A stretch of 64,000 nucleotides of DNA from the NCBI GenBank assembly GCA_043797085.1, contig JAZDQA010000004.1, positions 1 through 64,000 on the forward strand. Reading direction: 5' to 3'. The notes below the pieces were generated by a model. It did no database searches. It was not told the DNA's origin and was given only the letters and a program-made list of their open reading frames with translations. Shown here piece after piece: positions 39,336 through 48,445 of the stretch. The DNA is from Pseudomonadota bacterium (GTDB lineage Bacteria; Campylobacterota; Campylobacteria; Campylobacterales; Sulfurimonadaceae). A program made the translations under genes and the position numbers. How positions within the stretch are numbered: position 1 is the first letter of the stretch; every line of letters starts with the position of its first letter.

Positions 39336-39848
39336 TTATTTAATAACGTCAAACCCTTGGGGAATAACAGCCTTAAAGCGGGAAGCTTCGATTGCTTTGT
39401 TGGTTGTTGGGGTTAAGAATTTTATGATGACTTGATTTTCGTAACTGTCGGAATAGCTGATGGACGTCAATGTATCGTTGGAAAAATCAATAAAATAGGT
39501 TTGATTATTCACCGTAGCACTGTAGCGTGAGGCATCAATGGGTTTGGCTTTTTTGATTATTTCGAGAAAATCTATGTCGCCATTGAGTGTTCGGACAGTG
39601 GCTTGTTCGATGAGTGGTTCTATGAGAGTCAGGCGTGAACCGTTGATATAAACACTTTTTTGAATCGGTTTTTGGTAGGTCCATAAAGCATTTTGAGGTT
39701 TCGCTGCCCATAGTTCTCCGGTATAGACCAGCTTTTTTTTATGCTCATCGATAATTGTCTGGGTGAAGGTGGAGTGAAAAGAGTTAATGTCTTTTGGAGC
39801 TGCCAAGAGAGAAAGAGCCGATAAAAGAGTGAAGATGAAAATGCGCAT
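39336..39848 (-). CDS. lolA: Outer-membrane lipoprotein carrier LolA
   Basis: Signal peptide, F.Q, P..ALW.Y.KP, EP.IEQAT; divergent from secA as in Campylobacterota. Confidence 0.85.
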   Translation of the reverse strand: MRIFIFTLLSALSLLAAPKDINSFHSTFTQTIIDEHKKKLVYTGELWAAKPQNALWTYQKPIQKSVYINGSRLTLIEPLIEQATVRTLNGDIDFLEIIKKAKPIDASRYSATVNNQTYFIDFSNDTLTSISYSDSYENQVIIKFLTPTTNKAIEASRFKAVIPQGFDVIK

Positions 39849-39968
39849 ATTTTTCCTTTTTTTTTAAGTGAGACATTGTATCCAATCGCCATTAACCAAA
39901 ACAATAGTTTCTATATGATAAAATCGTCAACTTTTTAAATACAGTCCATACTATACAGAAGGCAATCA

Positions 39969-42536
39969 ATGCTCCAATCGTTCGTAGGAAAATTATTCGG
40001 AACTCAAAACGACCGTGAAATAAAAAAATACAGCAAACGTGTTGAACTAATAAATGCTCGCGAAGCGTATTTTACTGATATGAGTGATGAGGCTTTACAA
40101 GAAGCGTTTAATGCTCTCAAAGCATCCGTTCTCTCAGGTAACAAATCACTAAATGACGTTTTGGTTGATTCTTTTGCTATTACTAGAGAAGCCAGTAAGC
40201 GTGTTCTTGGGATGCGCCATTTTGATGTTCAGCTCATCGGCGGGATGGTTTTGCACGAGGGTCGAATCGCAGAGATGAAGACAGGGGAGGGGAAAACTCT
40301 CGTTGCTACTCTCGCGGTTATTCTCAATGCAATGAGCGAGCAAGGGGTACATGTCGTCACAGTCAATGATTACCTAGCTTCTCGTGACAGCTCAGAAATG
40401 GCTCCGCTTTATTCTTTTTTAGGGTATGAGACAGGCGTGATTTTAGAAGGTGAATACAATCCTGCCGCAAAACGTCTTCAATACGCCGCAGATATTACCT
40501 ACGGTACCAACAACGAATTTGGATTTGATTATCTTCGTGACAATATGACCTACACGAAAGAGCACATGGTTCAGCGCGGACATTCATTCGTTATTGTTGA
40601 TGAAGTGGATTCTATTCTTATTGATGAAGCACGTACTCCGCTAATCATTTCAGGACCTACGAATCGTACACTCGAAAACTACACTCGTGCGGATGCAGTG
40701 GCAAAAGCGTTAGTAAAAGATGAGCATTTTACCGTTGATGAGAAAGATCGTCTTATCCTCATAACCGAAGAGGGGATCATCAAAGCTGAAGAGCTTTTCG
40801 GTGTGGGCAATATTTACAGTGTTGAAAATGCCTCACTTTCGCATCACCTCGATCAAGCGCTTAAAGCCAACTACATTTTTGAAGTGGATGTTGATTATGT
40901 TTTACGTGATAATCAAGTAGTGATCGTTGATGAGTTTACCGGACGTCTCTCTGAGGGGCGACGCTATTCTGAAGGTTTACATCAAGCACTCGAAGCAAAA
41001 GAGGGTGCTCTTATCAAAGAAGAGACTCAAACTCTTGCCGACATTACCTTCCAAAACTATTTTAGAATGTATAAAAAAATCGCTGGGATGACAGGTACTG
41101 CCCAGACTGAAGCGACTGAGTTTGCCCAAATATACAATCTTGACGTTGTCTCGATTCCTACGAATGTGACCGTTATCCGTCAAGATCTCAATGATTTGAT
41201 TTATAAAACCGAAGCCGAAAAGTTTGCCGCCGTTATAGCCAAAGTCAAAGAGTTAAGTGCAAAAGGGCAACCGGTTCTGATCGGTACAGCGTCCATTGAA
41301 AAATCCGAAAAATTGCATCAGATTATTAAAGCAGAAAAAATTCCGCATACCGTTTTGAATGCAAAAAATCATACACAAGAATCTGAAATCATCAAAAGTG
41401 CCGGCGCAAAAGGTGCTGTAACGATTGCTACCAATATGGCAGGACGTGGTGTTGATATTAAAGTAGACGATGAGATCAAAGCGCTTGGCGGTTTGTATAT
41501 CATCGGAACCGAACGCCATGAAAATCGCCGTATTGACAATCAGCTTCGGGGGCGTTCAGGGCGTCAGGGCGATCCGGGAATCAGTCAGTTTTATTTGAGT
41601 TTAGATGACAGCCTTCTTCGTATTTTTGGTTCAGATAAGATCAAATCGATTATGGAGCGTTTAGGGGTTGAAGATGGCGAGTATATCGAATCTGCCATGG
41701 TAACACGTGCGGTTGAAAAAGCTCAGAAAAAAGTTGAGAATATGCACTTTGAAGGGCGAAAACACATTGTTGAGTACGATGATGTTGCCAATGAACAACG
41801 TAAAATTGTTTATAAATTTCGGGGTGAATTGCTTGACCCTGACTATGATATCTCAACTAAAATCGACTCCATCCGTGAAGAATACGCAGTACGACTGTTA
41901 AGTGAATGTTCGATTTATGACGGAATGCAAAAGGATGAGATGGATTTGGATCATCTCAAAAAACGGATTTTAGAAGATGTAAATATTGAGGTAGAATTTA
42001 ATTTTGTAGATGAGATTACTTACGCGAGTTTATTAAGTCTGGTATCTGGACAGCTTAAAGAAAATTATGATGAAAAAATGTCTCAAATCGATTCAACGAC
42101 ACGTTCTGCGATCGAAAAAGAGATTTATCTCAAAACATTAGATACTGCATGGCGTGAACATCTTTATCAAATGGACAGTATGAAAACAGGGATTCGTCTT
42201 CGTGCTTACAATCAAAAAGATCCATTGGTTGAGTATAAAAAAGAGAGTTATAATCTCTTTACTGAGTTGGTCAGTGCAATTAAATACGATACGATCAAAA
42301 CACTTCATGTGATTCAATTTAGAGTTGAGCATGCAGAAGAGGAAGCAGAAGCATTGGCTCATCGTATGGAGATTGAAAAACGTCAAGAAGAGCTTCAAAT
42401 GTCACTAATGGGAGCGCCATCGGAGTTGGAAAGCTCTAAAGTTTCACGCAATGATGATTGTCCGTGCGGCAGTGGATTAAAATACAAAAACTGCTGTGGA
42501 AAATCAGGACCTAAAAAAGGGATTTTTGCCTCTTGA
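39969..42536 (+). CDS. secA: Preprotein translocase ATPase SecA
   Basis: [50 protein letters not shown] motif CPCGSG. Confidence 0.98.
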   Translation: MLQSFVGKLFGTQNDREIKKYSKRVELINAREAYFTDMSDEALQEAFNALKASVLSGNKSLNDVLVDSFAITREASKRVLGMRHFDVQLIGGMVLHEGRIAEMKTGEGKTLVATLAVILNAMSEQGVHVVTVNDYLASRDSSEMAPLYSFLGYETGVILEGEYNPAAKRLQYAADITYGTNNEFGFDYLRDNMTYTKEHMVQRGHSFVIVDEVDSILIDEARTPLIISGPTNRTLENYTRADAVAKALVKDEHFTVDEKDRLILITEEGIIKAEELFGVGNIYSVENASLSHHLDQALKANYIFEVDVDYVLRDNQVVIVDEFTGRLSEGRRYSEGLHQALEAKEGALIKEETQTLADITFQNYFRMYKKIAGMTGTAQTEATEFAQIYNLDVVSIPTNVTVIRQDLNDLIYKTEAEKFAAVIAKVKELSAKGQPVLIGTASIEKSEKLHQIIKAEKIPHTVLNAKNHTQESEIIKSAGAKGAVTIATNMAGRGVDIKVDDEIKALGGLYIIGTERHENRRIDNQLRGRSGRQGDPGISQFYLSLDDSLLRIFGSDKIKSIMERLGVEDGEYIESAMVTRAVEKAQKKVENMHFEGRKHIVEYDDVANEQRKIVYKFRGELLDPDYDISTKIDSIREEYAVRLLSECSIYDGMQKDEMDLDHLKKRILEDVNIEVEFNFVDEITYASLLSLVSGQLKENYDEKMSQIDSTTRSAIEKEIYLKTLDTAWREHLYQMDSMKTGIRLRAYNQKDPLVEYKKESYNLFTELVSAIKYDTIKTLHVIQFRVEHAEEEAEALAHRMEIEKRQEELQMSLMGAPSELESSKVSRNDDCPCGSGLKYKNCCGKSGPKKGIFAS

Positions 42537-43729
42537 GTATCGTAAGCTACCTCGTCAAACGTTTTTTGCGCTTTGATAAAGAGCAACCTTTTATTTTTCT
42601 CTCTGCTCTTCTAGCCTTTTTAGGGATTGCCCTTGGGGTGATGGTTCTTATCATCGCCATGGCTCTTATGAACGGTTTTGATAATGAGTTCAAGAAAAAA
42701 CTCACCGTTATGAACTACCCTCTTACGATTCAGCCCAAATTTTTTGGTTCAGTTGATAAAACATTATTGCTTAAACTCGAAGAAAAATTTCCCGAACTCT
42801 CTTTCAGCCCCTATTTAACTTCTTCTGTTTTGTCCCGTTATGATACTATGCTTGAGGGTGGGTATCTTTTTGGGGTTGATTTTAAACGGGAAGCAGCAGT
42901 AAATGACATTGTAGCACTGGGTTTGAAGCAACATATCCCAACAGGTTTTGAAGTCATGAGCGGTAAAGGTCTTATCGAAGAATATGGTATCTCAAAAAAC
43001 GAAAAACTAACGTACATATTCACACAGCTTGAGCCGGGCGGCATTGCCATGACCCCTAAGATGAAACGTTTTAAGATAACCGCAACGTTTGATTCGGGTT
43101 TAAGTGCATACGATAAAGGGTATTCGTATACCACAATTGAATCCATGCAAAAGGTATTAGGTATTCCAGACGGGCTTTATGATGGAATACATGTTCATTC
43201 GCTTAATCCTGAAGCCGATATCAGCAAAGTTTCCGCTGTATTGCCCGAATCCGTCTCAATTCGCGGATGGTGGGAAGATAATAGTAACTTTTTTGCTGCG
43301 CTCAAAATGGAAAAAATGTCTCTTTTCATTGTCCTAATGCTCATAATACTCATCGCTGCTATCAATATTATCTCTTCGCTTCTAATGACAGTGATGAACC
43401 GTCGCAGTGAAATTGCTCTATTAATTTCACTTGGAGCATCCAAGCAAGAGGTAAAAAAAGTATTTTTGATTTTAGGTGTAGTGATTGGGGTATTGGGAAT
43501 TATCACAGGTTCTATTCTCGGATTTTTCGGAATATGGGTTTTGGGTACGTTTGATATTATCTCATTGCCCGCTGATGTATATCCAACTTCAACGCTTCCG
43601 CTTGATTTGACTTTAGGTGACTTTTTATCGATAATCATCGGGGCATTCTTTATTGTTCTAGCCTCAGCATGGTATCCTGCTAAAAAAGCGGCCGATGTGG
43701 ATGTCCTCACGGTATTAAGAAACGAGTAG
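42533..43729 (+). CDS. LolC/E-family lipoprotein-releasing ABC permease
   Basis: [33 protein letters not shown]. Confidence 0.88.
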   Translation: MSIVSYLVKRFLRFDKEQPFIFLSALLAFLGIALGVMVLIIAMALMNGFDNEFKKKLTVMNYPLTIQPKFFGSVDKTLLLKLEEKFPELSFSPYLTSSVLSRYDTMLEGGYLFGVDFKREAAVNDIVALGLKQHIPTGFEVMSGKGLIEEYGISKNEKLTYIFTQLEPGGIAMTPKMKRFKITATFDSGLSAYDKGYSYTTIESMQKVLGIPDGLYDGIHVHSLNPEADISKVSAVLPESVSIRGWWEDNSNFFAALKMEKMSLFIVLMLIILIAAINIISSLLMTVMNRRSEIALLISLGASKQEVKKVFLILGVVIGVLGIITGSILGFFGIWVLGTFDIISLPADVYPTSTLPLDLTLGDFLSIIIGAFFIVLASAWYPAKKAADVDVLTVLRNE

Positions 43730-43878
43730 GTTTCGCTATAATATCCTCACTTTAACAGTGAGGCACATAATTTGTCACTTTTTCAAAAATCTGTTTTAAA
43801 TTCTATCAAACAAGATGAAAGCATAGTCGCTACGCGATGGGCACAGTATCAAAATTTATTTAAAGATAAGGTATTGTC

Positions 43879-45231
43879 ATGTTAATGACACTTATTTTTA
43901 TAATAGCTTTATTAACATTATATTTTATCATCAAATCCAAAAAACAATCCAATCAAACATTCACACAACCTGATGTTAAAAGAAATACTGCTTCATATAA
44001 TGCACATCTCATGGACGCACAACCATCCCGCATAACAAATAATTTTTCACCCGTTAAGATCGTGGAAAATGATAACGAGTTAGAAAAAATTGTTCCCAAT
44101 TTTCATACAAGAAGAGAAAATAAAATAGTTGAATTAACAGATAGTTTGGGTAAAGCACTTCCTAATGATGTTATTTGGGGGATTTTACAAGATTTAATTT
44201 TAGAGTATATTTTAAAAGATCACAAGATATATATCAATACTTTCTATCAACAAGGTTTATTGCTACAAAAAGAGAAAAAATATAAACAAGCTATCACACA
44301 CTACTCGTATGGTTTATATTATCTAATGAATTTCTATAAAGCGGATTTTAATCCCACTTCTCACATTATAGATTTAGTACGCAACGAAATACAATTAATA
44401 GAAATGGCTCAGTATAAGTTCATCAATAAAATACAAATTTGTATGAAAAAAGAGGAGCTTACGGTTGATGAAGTAAAGGATTTATCTTACAAATTGATAA
44501 AAAATAGCTCTTTTCCTTATTTGAACTTTGAGCAATTTTTTGTAATTATAGAACCACATATTCGACTAAAAAATAAAGTTGAATTTGAAGAGGGAACTAT
44601 TGGAAGCTTACAAGATAAGCCGTTGTCTGAATGGATTAGAGATAACGATGATATTATCAGTGGCTTAGAGTTTAATGCAACTTTGCAACTTAGAACACCG
44701 TTAGAAGTGTTAATTCATCATGGTGAAGTTTTTAGCAGAAAGGAGGGGCGACCCCCTCAATATGCAAAAGAAGCATGGCAAGGTATATGGACGCATAAAT
44801 TAAAATCATGGAAAGAAATTGATCCTGATTTAGACTGTATGCCTGAATTACCTTTTGGTACGACGGCTTCAGATATAGGGAGTTTAGAACCTGATGAAGT
44901 AAAAGAATATTTAGATTTTTTAATCAAATTTCATACAATCGCTGAAAGTGATTTAACCGCAGATGAAAAAATCAAACAGATTAAACAATTAGAAAAAAGT
45001 GATTCTAATTTTAGAGCCTATTATAAAAAGCAAAGTAAGGGAGATAAAGAATTTTTAGAGTCTTATTTCAACCTGCTTATTAAAAATATACTCCCACCAA
45101 AAGTTACAAAAAGTTTGAATGATACTGGTTATAGAATACTGAAAGATTTAAAAGGCGTTGATCCCAAAGAGTTATTAAAATTAGAGGGAGTCGGTAAAGC
45201 TACGATTGATAAGTTAGTTCAATATTTATAG
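43879..45231 (+). CDS. Hypothetical membrane-anchored protein with C-terminal helix-hairpin-helix
   Basis: N-terminal TM; FNATLQLRTPL segment; LLKLEGVGKATIDKL HhH; AT-rich. Confidence 0.7.
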   Translation: MLMTLIFIIALLTLYFIIKSKKQSNQTFTQPDVKRNTASYNAHLMDAQPSRITNNFSPVKIVENDNELEKIVPNFHTRRENKIVELTDSLGKALPNDVIWGILQDLILEYILKDHKIYINTFYQQGLLLQKEKKYKQAITHYSYGLYYLMNFYKADFNPTSHIIDLVRNEIQLIEMAQYKFINKIQICMKKEELTVDEVKDLSYKLIKNSSFPYLNFEQFFVIIEPHIRLKNKVEFEEGTIGSLQDKPLSEWIRDNDDIISGLEFNATLQLRTPLEVLIHHGEVFSRKEGRPPQYAKEAWQGIWTHKLKSWKEIDPDLDCMPELPFGTTASDIGSLEPDEVKEYLDFLIKFHTIAESDLTADEKIKQIKQLEKSDSNFRAYYKKQSKGDKEFLESYFNLLIKNILPPKVTKSLNDTGYRILKDLKGVDPKELLKLEGVGKATIDKLVQYL

Positions 45232-45252
45232 AAATGTTAAGGCTAAAGAAAA

Positions 45253-45966
45253 ATGAATAGAATAGATACTTTCATCACAAAAATAGATACGATAGGTGAT
45301 CAGTTTTTAGAAACTATTATCAAACCAATAGCTAAAGGTGCTTTGAACTTAGCTATCAATGATACAAAACTGACACAATCTTATTTAACACTAAAAACAG
45401 CTTTTATGGAAAATAAAATATCAATTTTTTTGCAGTATCTCAGTGAAAAAAATAATATTGATGCTATCAATTTTATTGATGATCTTAATGATGCAGAAAA
45501 AAAGTTTTTTATTGAAAGTGTAAATAAAGTAATCGATCTTGATAATAGCCTTCAAATTTATATATTGGCTCTACTAACTAAAAATTTTATTACCAACGGA
45601 AAATTAAATTATTATGAAAAATCCCTTTATTATGGGATCAATCAGATTTCAGAAGATGATTTTACGATTTATTACTGCTTTTATTCTAAAAAAATTCTTG
45701 GAAATGAAAAGACTGGAAGTTTTTATATAGACTACGAACTTGAAAATAAAGAAGTTATCGAAATAGTATTAAATAAATTTATTTCATTGGGCATAATAAA
45801 AGATGCCAGCACTGATAAAGGTTTTCGAATTGAATTATTTGAATTTTCAAAAGTGTTATATCAATATTTAGCTGATTATTTTGATGCTCAAGTTGTGTGT
45901 GATGATTGGATGCGAGTTAATCCAAATAAGACTGGAATGTGGAAGATAAAAATGGTTGGCATTTAA
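45253..45966 (+). CDS. Hypothetical AT-rich protein
   Basis: 237-aa ORF, same orientation as and close to its neighbours. Confidence 0.7.
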   Translation: MNRIDTFITKIDTIGDQFLETIIKPIAKGALNLAINDTKLTQSYLTLKTAFMENKISIFLQYLSEKNNIDAINFIDDLNDAEKKFFIESVNKVIDLDNSLQIYILALLTKNFITNGKLNYYEKSLYYGINQISEDDFTIYYCFYSKKILGNEKTGSFYIDYELENKEVIEIVLNKFISLGIIKDASTDKGFRIELFEFSKVLYQYLADYFDAQVVCDDWMRVNPNKTGMWKIKMVGI

Positions 45967-46017
45967 ATCAAAATGACTAAACAATTAGATGAGATAGTGA
46001 TTGTGGAGGGGAAATAA

Positions 46018-46827
46018 ATGAGCGGTAAAGAAAATCAGAGTTCTGAAGACAATTTTAATGAAGCTCGTTTGACGAATAGAGGTTATGAAACTCTTTTCAA
46101 AGCACAGCAATCGATTAATGTATTCTCTAATAAAAATGCCCACAATTATTTCAGACATGGTGTGATTGTTAGGCTTTGTCTCATTATAGAGAGTAGAAAT
46201 CTATTGGTAGACCTCATATCTAAAAAAAATGGAAATCGCACCGATACAACTTTAGAAAATATTTATTTGAATTCCATGTATATTAATATGATAGCTACTT
46301 TTGATAATGTAGCATGGGCACTTCAGCATGAACATAATCTAATCGAAGGTGCAAATGAAAATAACCCACAGAAGAGAGAGATAGGTATTTATAACACAAA
46401 ATTTTTTGAGAAATTGAGAATAGAGGATGAAAATCTACATATTAATTTAAAAGTGTATAAAGCTTGGTATGAAAAACTCAAAGATTTCAGAGATCCTGTT
46501 GCACATAGAATACCTTTATATTGTCCTCCAATAAGTATTACAGATGCTAAAGAATTCGAAGAATATAATAATCTTAATACAAAACTCTCTGAAGTAAAAT
46601 ATAAAGATAATCCTCAACAATACATGGAATTAGTAGATAAGCTACATCACATAGGTTCATTTCAGCCTGTTTTTATAGTTTTGAGTGAAAATGAGATATT
46701 AAGCTATGATTTACGTAAAACAACACATGCAGATTACAAATCTTTTTTAGAGGTAATGGATATGTTTTTTACGTGGATAAGTAAGAGAGAACGGGGACAG
46801 GCTGAATTAAATGAGGGAAAAGCGTGA
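46018..46827 (+). CDS. Putative HEPN-domain protein (Cthe_2314-like)
   Basis: LKDFRDPVAHRIP contains the HEPN Rx4H motif; DNVAW upstream; GGAGG RBS. Confidence 0.65.
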   Translation: MSGKENQSSEDNFNEARLTNRGYETLFKAQQSINVFSNKNAHNYFRHGVIVRLCLIIESRNLLVDLISKKNGNRTDTTLENIYLNSMYINMIATFDNVAWALQHEHNLIEGANENNPQKREIGIYNTKFFEKLRIEDENLHINLKVYKAWYEKLKDFRDPVAHRIPLYCPPISITDAKEFEEYNNLNTKLSEVKYKDNPQQYMELVDKLHHIGSFQPVFIVLSENEILSYDLRKTTHADYKSFLEVMDMFFTWISKRERGQAELNEGKA

Positions 46828-46870
46828 ACAAATGATGGTATAGAAATTGAGGTGATACCTATAACTAATC

Positions 46871-46939
46871 GGAAGTGGGACTTTAGTCCCGCACTATGGC
46901 GAAGCTGATACCCAATGGGGCAGACCCAGCCTCACTTCC
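46871..46939. repeat. Second REP-like inverted doublet, same family as 37986-38071
   Basis: GGAAGTGGGACTTTAGTCCCGC, then GGCGAAGCT-[21-nt insert]-AGCCTCACTTCC. Confidence 0.75.
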
Positions 46940-46984
46940 AACAATAAGGGTCAAGTATTCAATCTTCATTTTTTAAAAACGATG

Positions 46985-47110
46985 AGGGGGGCAAGGGGTA
47001 AAACCCCTTCACATACGGTTTTTGGAGGACAAAAAAAAAGGTCAAGGGTAATTACTCCCTCGACCTTCTCTTGTCGCTCCATTAACCGTATGGAAAGTTT
47101 TGTATTAGCG
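46985..47110 (-). ncRNA. Candidate structured sRNA (long hairpin)
   Basis: About 80-nt rod hairpin 47012-47092, TGnTATAAT at 47124-47116, terminal hairpin 46993-47009. Confidence 0.45.
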
Positions 47111-47164
47111 ATAAAATTATATCACAGAAAATAAATAAAAACTGTAGATAGTCTCAATATTAAT

Positions 47165-47240
47165 GATTGTAAAAGGGAAGTTAAAAACGTTGCTGGAAGT
47201 TACCCCTTGAAAACAAGGGGAGCGCATAAAGCGATTTATG
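47165..47240 (-). ncRNA. Candidate short sRNA
   Basis: TGnTACAAT at 47254-47246; hairpins 47225-47240 and 47203-47220; two AACUUCC motifs. Confidence 0.35.
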
Positions 47241-47347
47241 AAAGTATTGTAGCACAATTAGCTCTAAAAATGATTAAACAGTAAAGTCTATAATCTCATT
47301 TTAGATATACTTTCTCCAGTATATTATCCCCTAATTTGAGATGAGAA

Positions 47348-48343
47348 ATGGTAAAACCTTCGATTAAAACAACAAAACAAAAAAAAGTAATTAAAAAAAT
47401 AAAACCAAAAAAAGTTAGCAGTTTTAAGTGGCTCCTTCTAAGTATTTTGATGATAATCTTAGTATTCATAGCCTATCTATTGACATCTGTAACATCACCA
47501 AAAATCGTTTATATTCCACAAGGATCAGCCTTTACGAGCATAGCGCATCTTCAGGATGAAGGGGTAGATGTTTATAAGGCAGATGCCATTATTCTTCGTC
47601 TTTTGGGTAAGCCTCAGCAGGGGTGGATAGATCTAAAAAAAGAGAAACATACTCGTATTGAATTTCTTTATCGTCTCACTACGGCAAAAGCGGCAACTCA
47701 TGAGATAACATTAATCCCAGGTGAGACTACGACCGTATTTTTAGATCAACTTTCCCAACAACTCTCCTTGGACAGTAAAAAGCTGCATGCCCTCTACAAA
47801 GAGTCTGAAGAGATTTCAGAGGGGATGTTTGTTCCTGATACCTACAGTATTCCAAAAGAAATTGATGAAGAACAGATTATAAAATTTTTGTTAGAGCGAT
47901 CCAAACAAAAACAAAAAGAGCTCTCTATTGAGCTTACCGGAAGCTATGATAAAGAAAAATGGTTACATATTGTAACACTTGCGTCGGTCATTCAAAAAGA
48001 AGCAGCCTCAGTAGCCGATATGCCGATGGTAAGCTCCGTGATCCAAAATCGACTGGCAAAAAACATGCGATTGCAGATGGACGGGACCTTAAATTACGGT
48101 AATTACTCCCATCAAAAGGTAACAGCAGCACGAATCCGTAGTGATAAAACCTCCTATAATACCTACAAACACCGAGGTTTGCCGGAGTTTCCTGTCTGTA
48201 ATGTGAGCAAAGAAGCATTGTTGGCTGCACTGCATCCAAAAAAGACGGATTACCTCTATTTCGTACGGGGTAAAGATGGCGAGCATATTTATAGTAGTTA
48301 CTTTTCTACACACCATAGAAACATAGTAAATGCTACAAAATGA
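47348..48343 (+). CDS. mltG: Endolytic transglycosylase MltG
   Basis: EG.F.PDTY, LASVIQKEA, NRL.K.MRLQMD, YNTYK..GLP, YLYFV. Confidence 0.93.
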   Translation: MVKPSIKTTKQKKVIKKIKPKKVSSFKWLLLSILMIILVFIAYLLTSVTSPKIVYIPQGSAFTSIAHLQDEGVDVYKADAIILRLLGKPQQGWIDLKKEKHTRIEFLYRLTTAKAATHEITLIPGETTTVFLDQLSQQLSLDSKKLHALYKESEEISEGMFVPDTYSIPKEIDEEQIIKFLLERSKQKQKELSIELTGSYDKEKWLHIVTLASVIQKEAASVADMPMVSSVIQNRLAKNMRLQMDGTLNYGNYSHQKVTAARIRSDKTSYNTYKHRGLPEFPVCNVSKEALLAALHPKKTDYLYFVRGKDGEHIYSSYFSTHHRNIVNATK

Positions 48344-48445
48344 AACACATTGGAAGATTTCTCCCTCCGGTTAAGGGACAAATAGAAAAAAAGGTTTAAG
48401 TAAGTGTTATGATGCTTTCATAAAAAAAAATGACAGGAGAACCTG

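Noticed and set aside
46985..47110. 6S RNA or SRP RNA identity for the long hairpin
   Set aside because: Too short and lacking a central bubble for 6S; no SRP GGAA-tetraloop/AGCAG motif.
46982..47134. 50-codon plus-strand ORF as a type I toxin
   Set aside because: No clear RBS, not hydrophobic, and the region is better explained by RNA structure.
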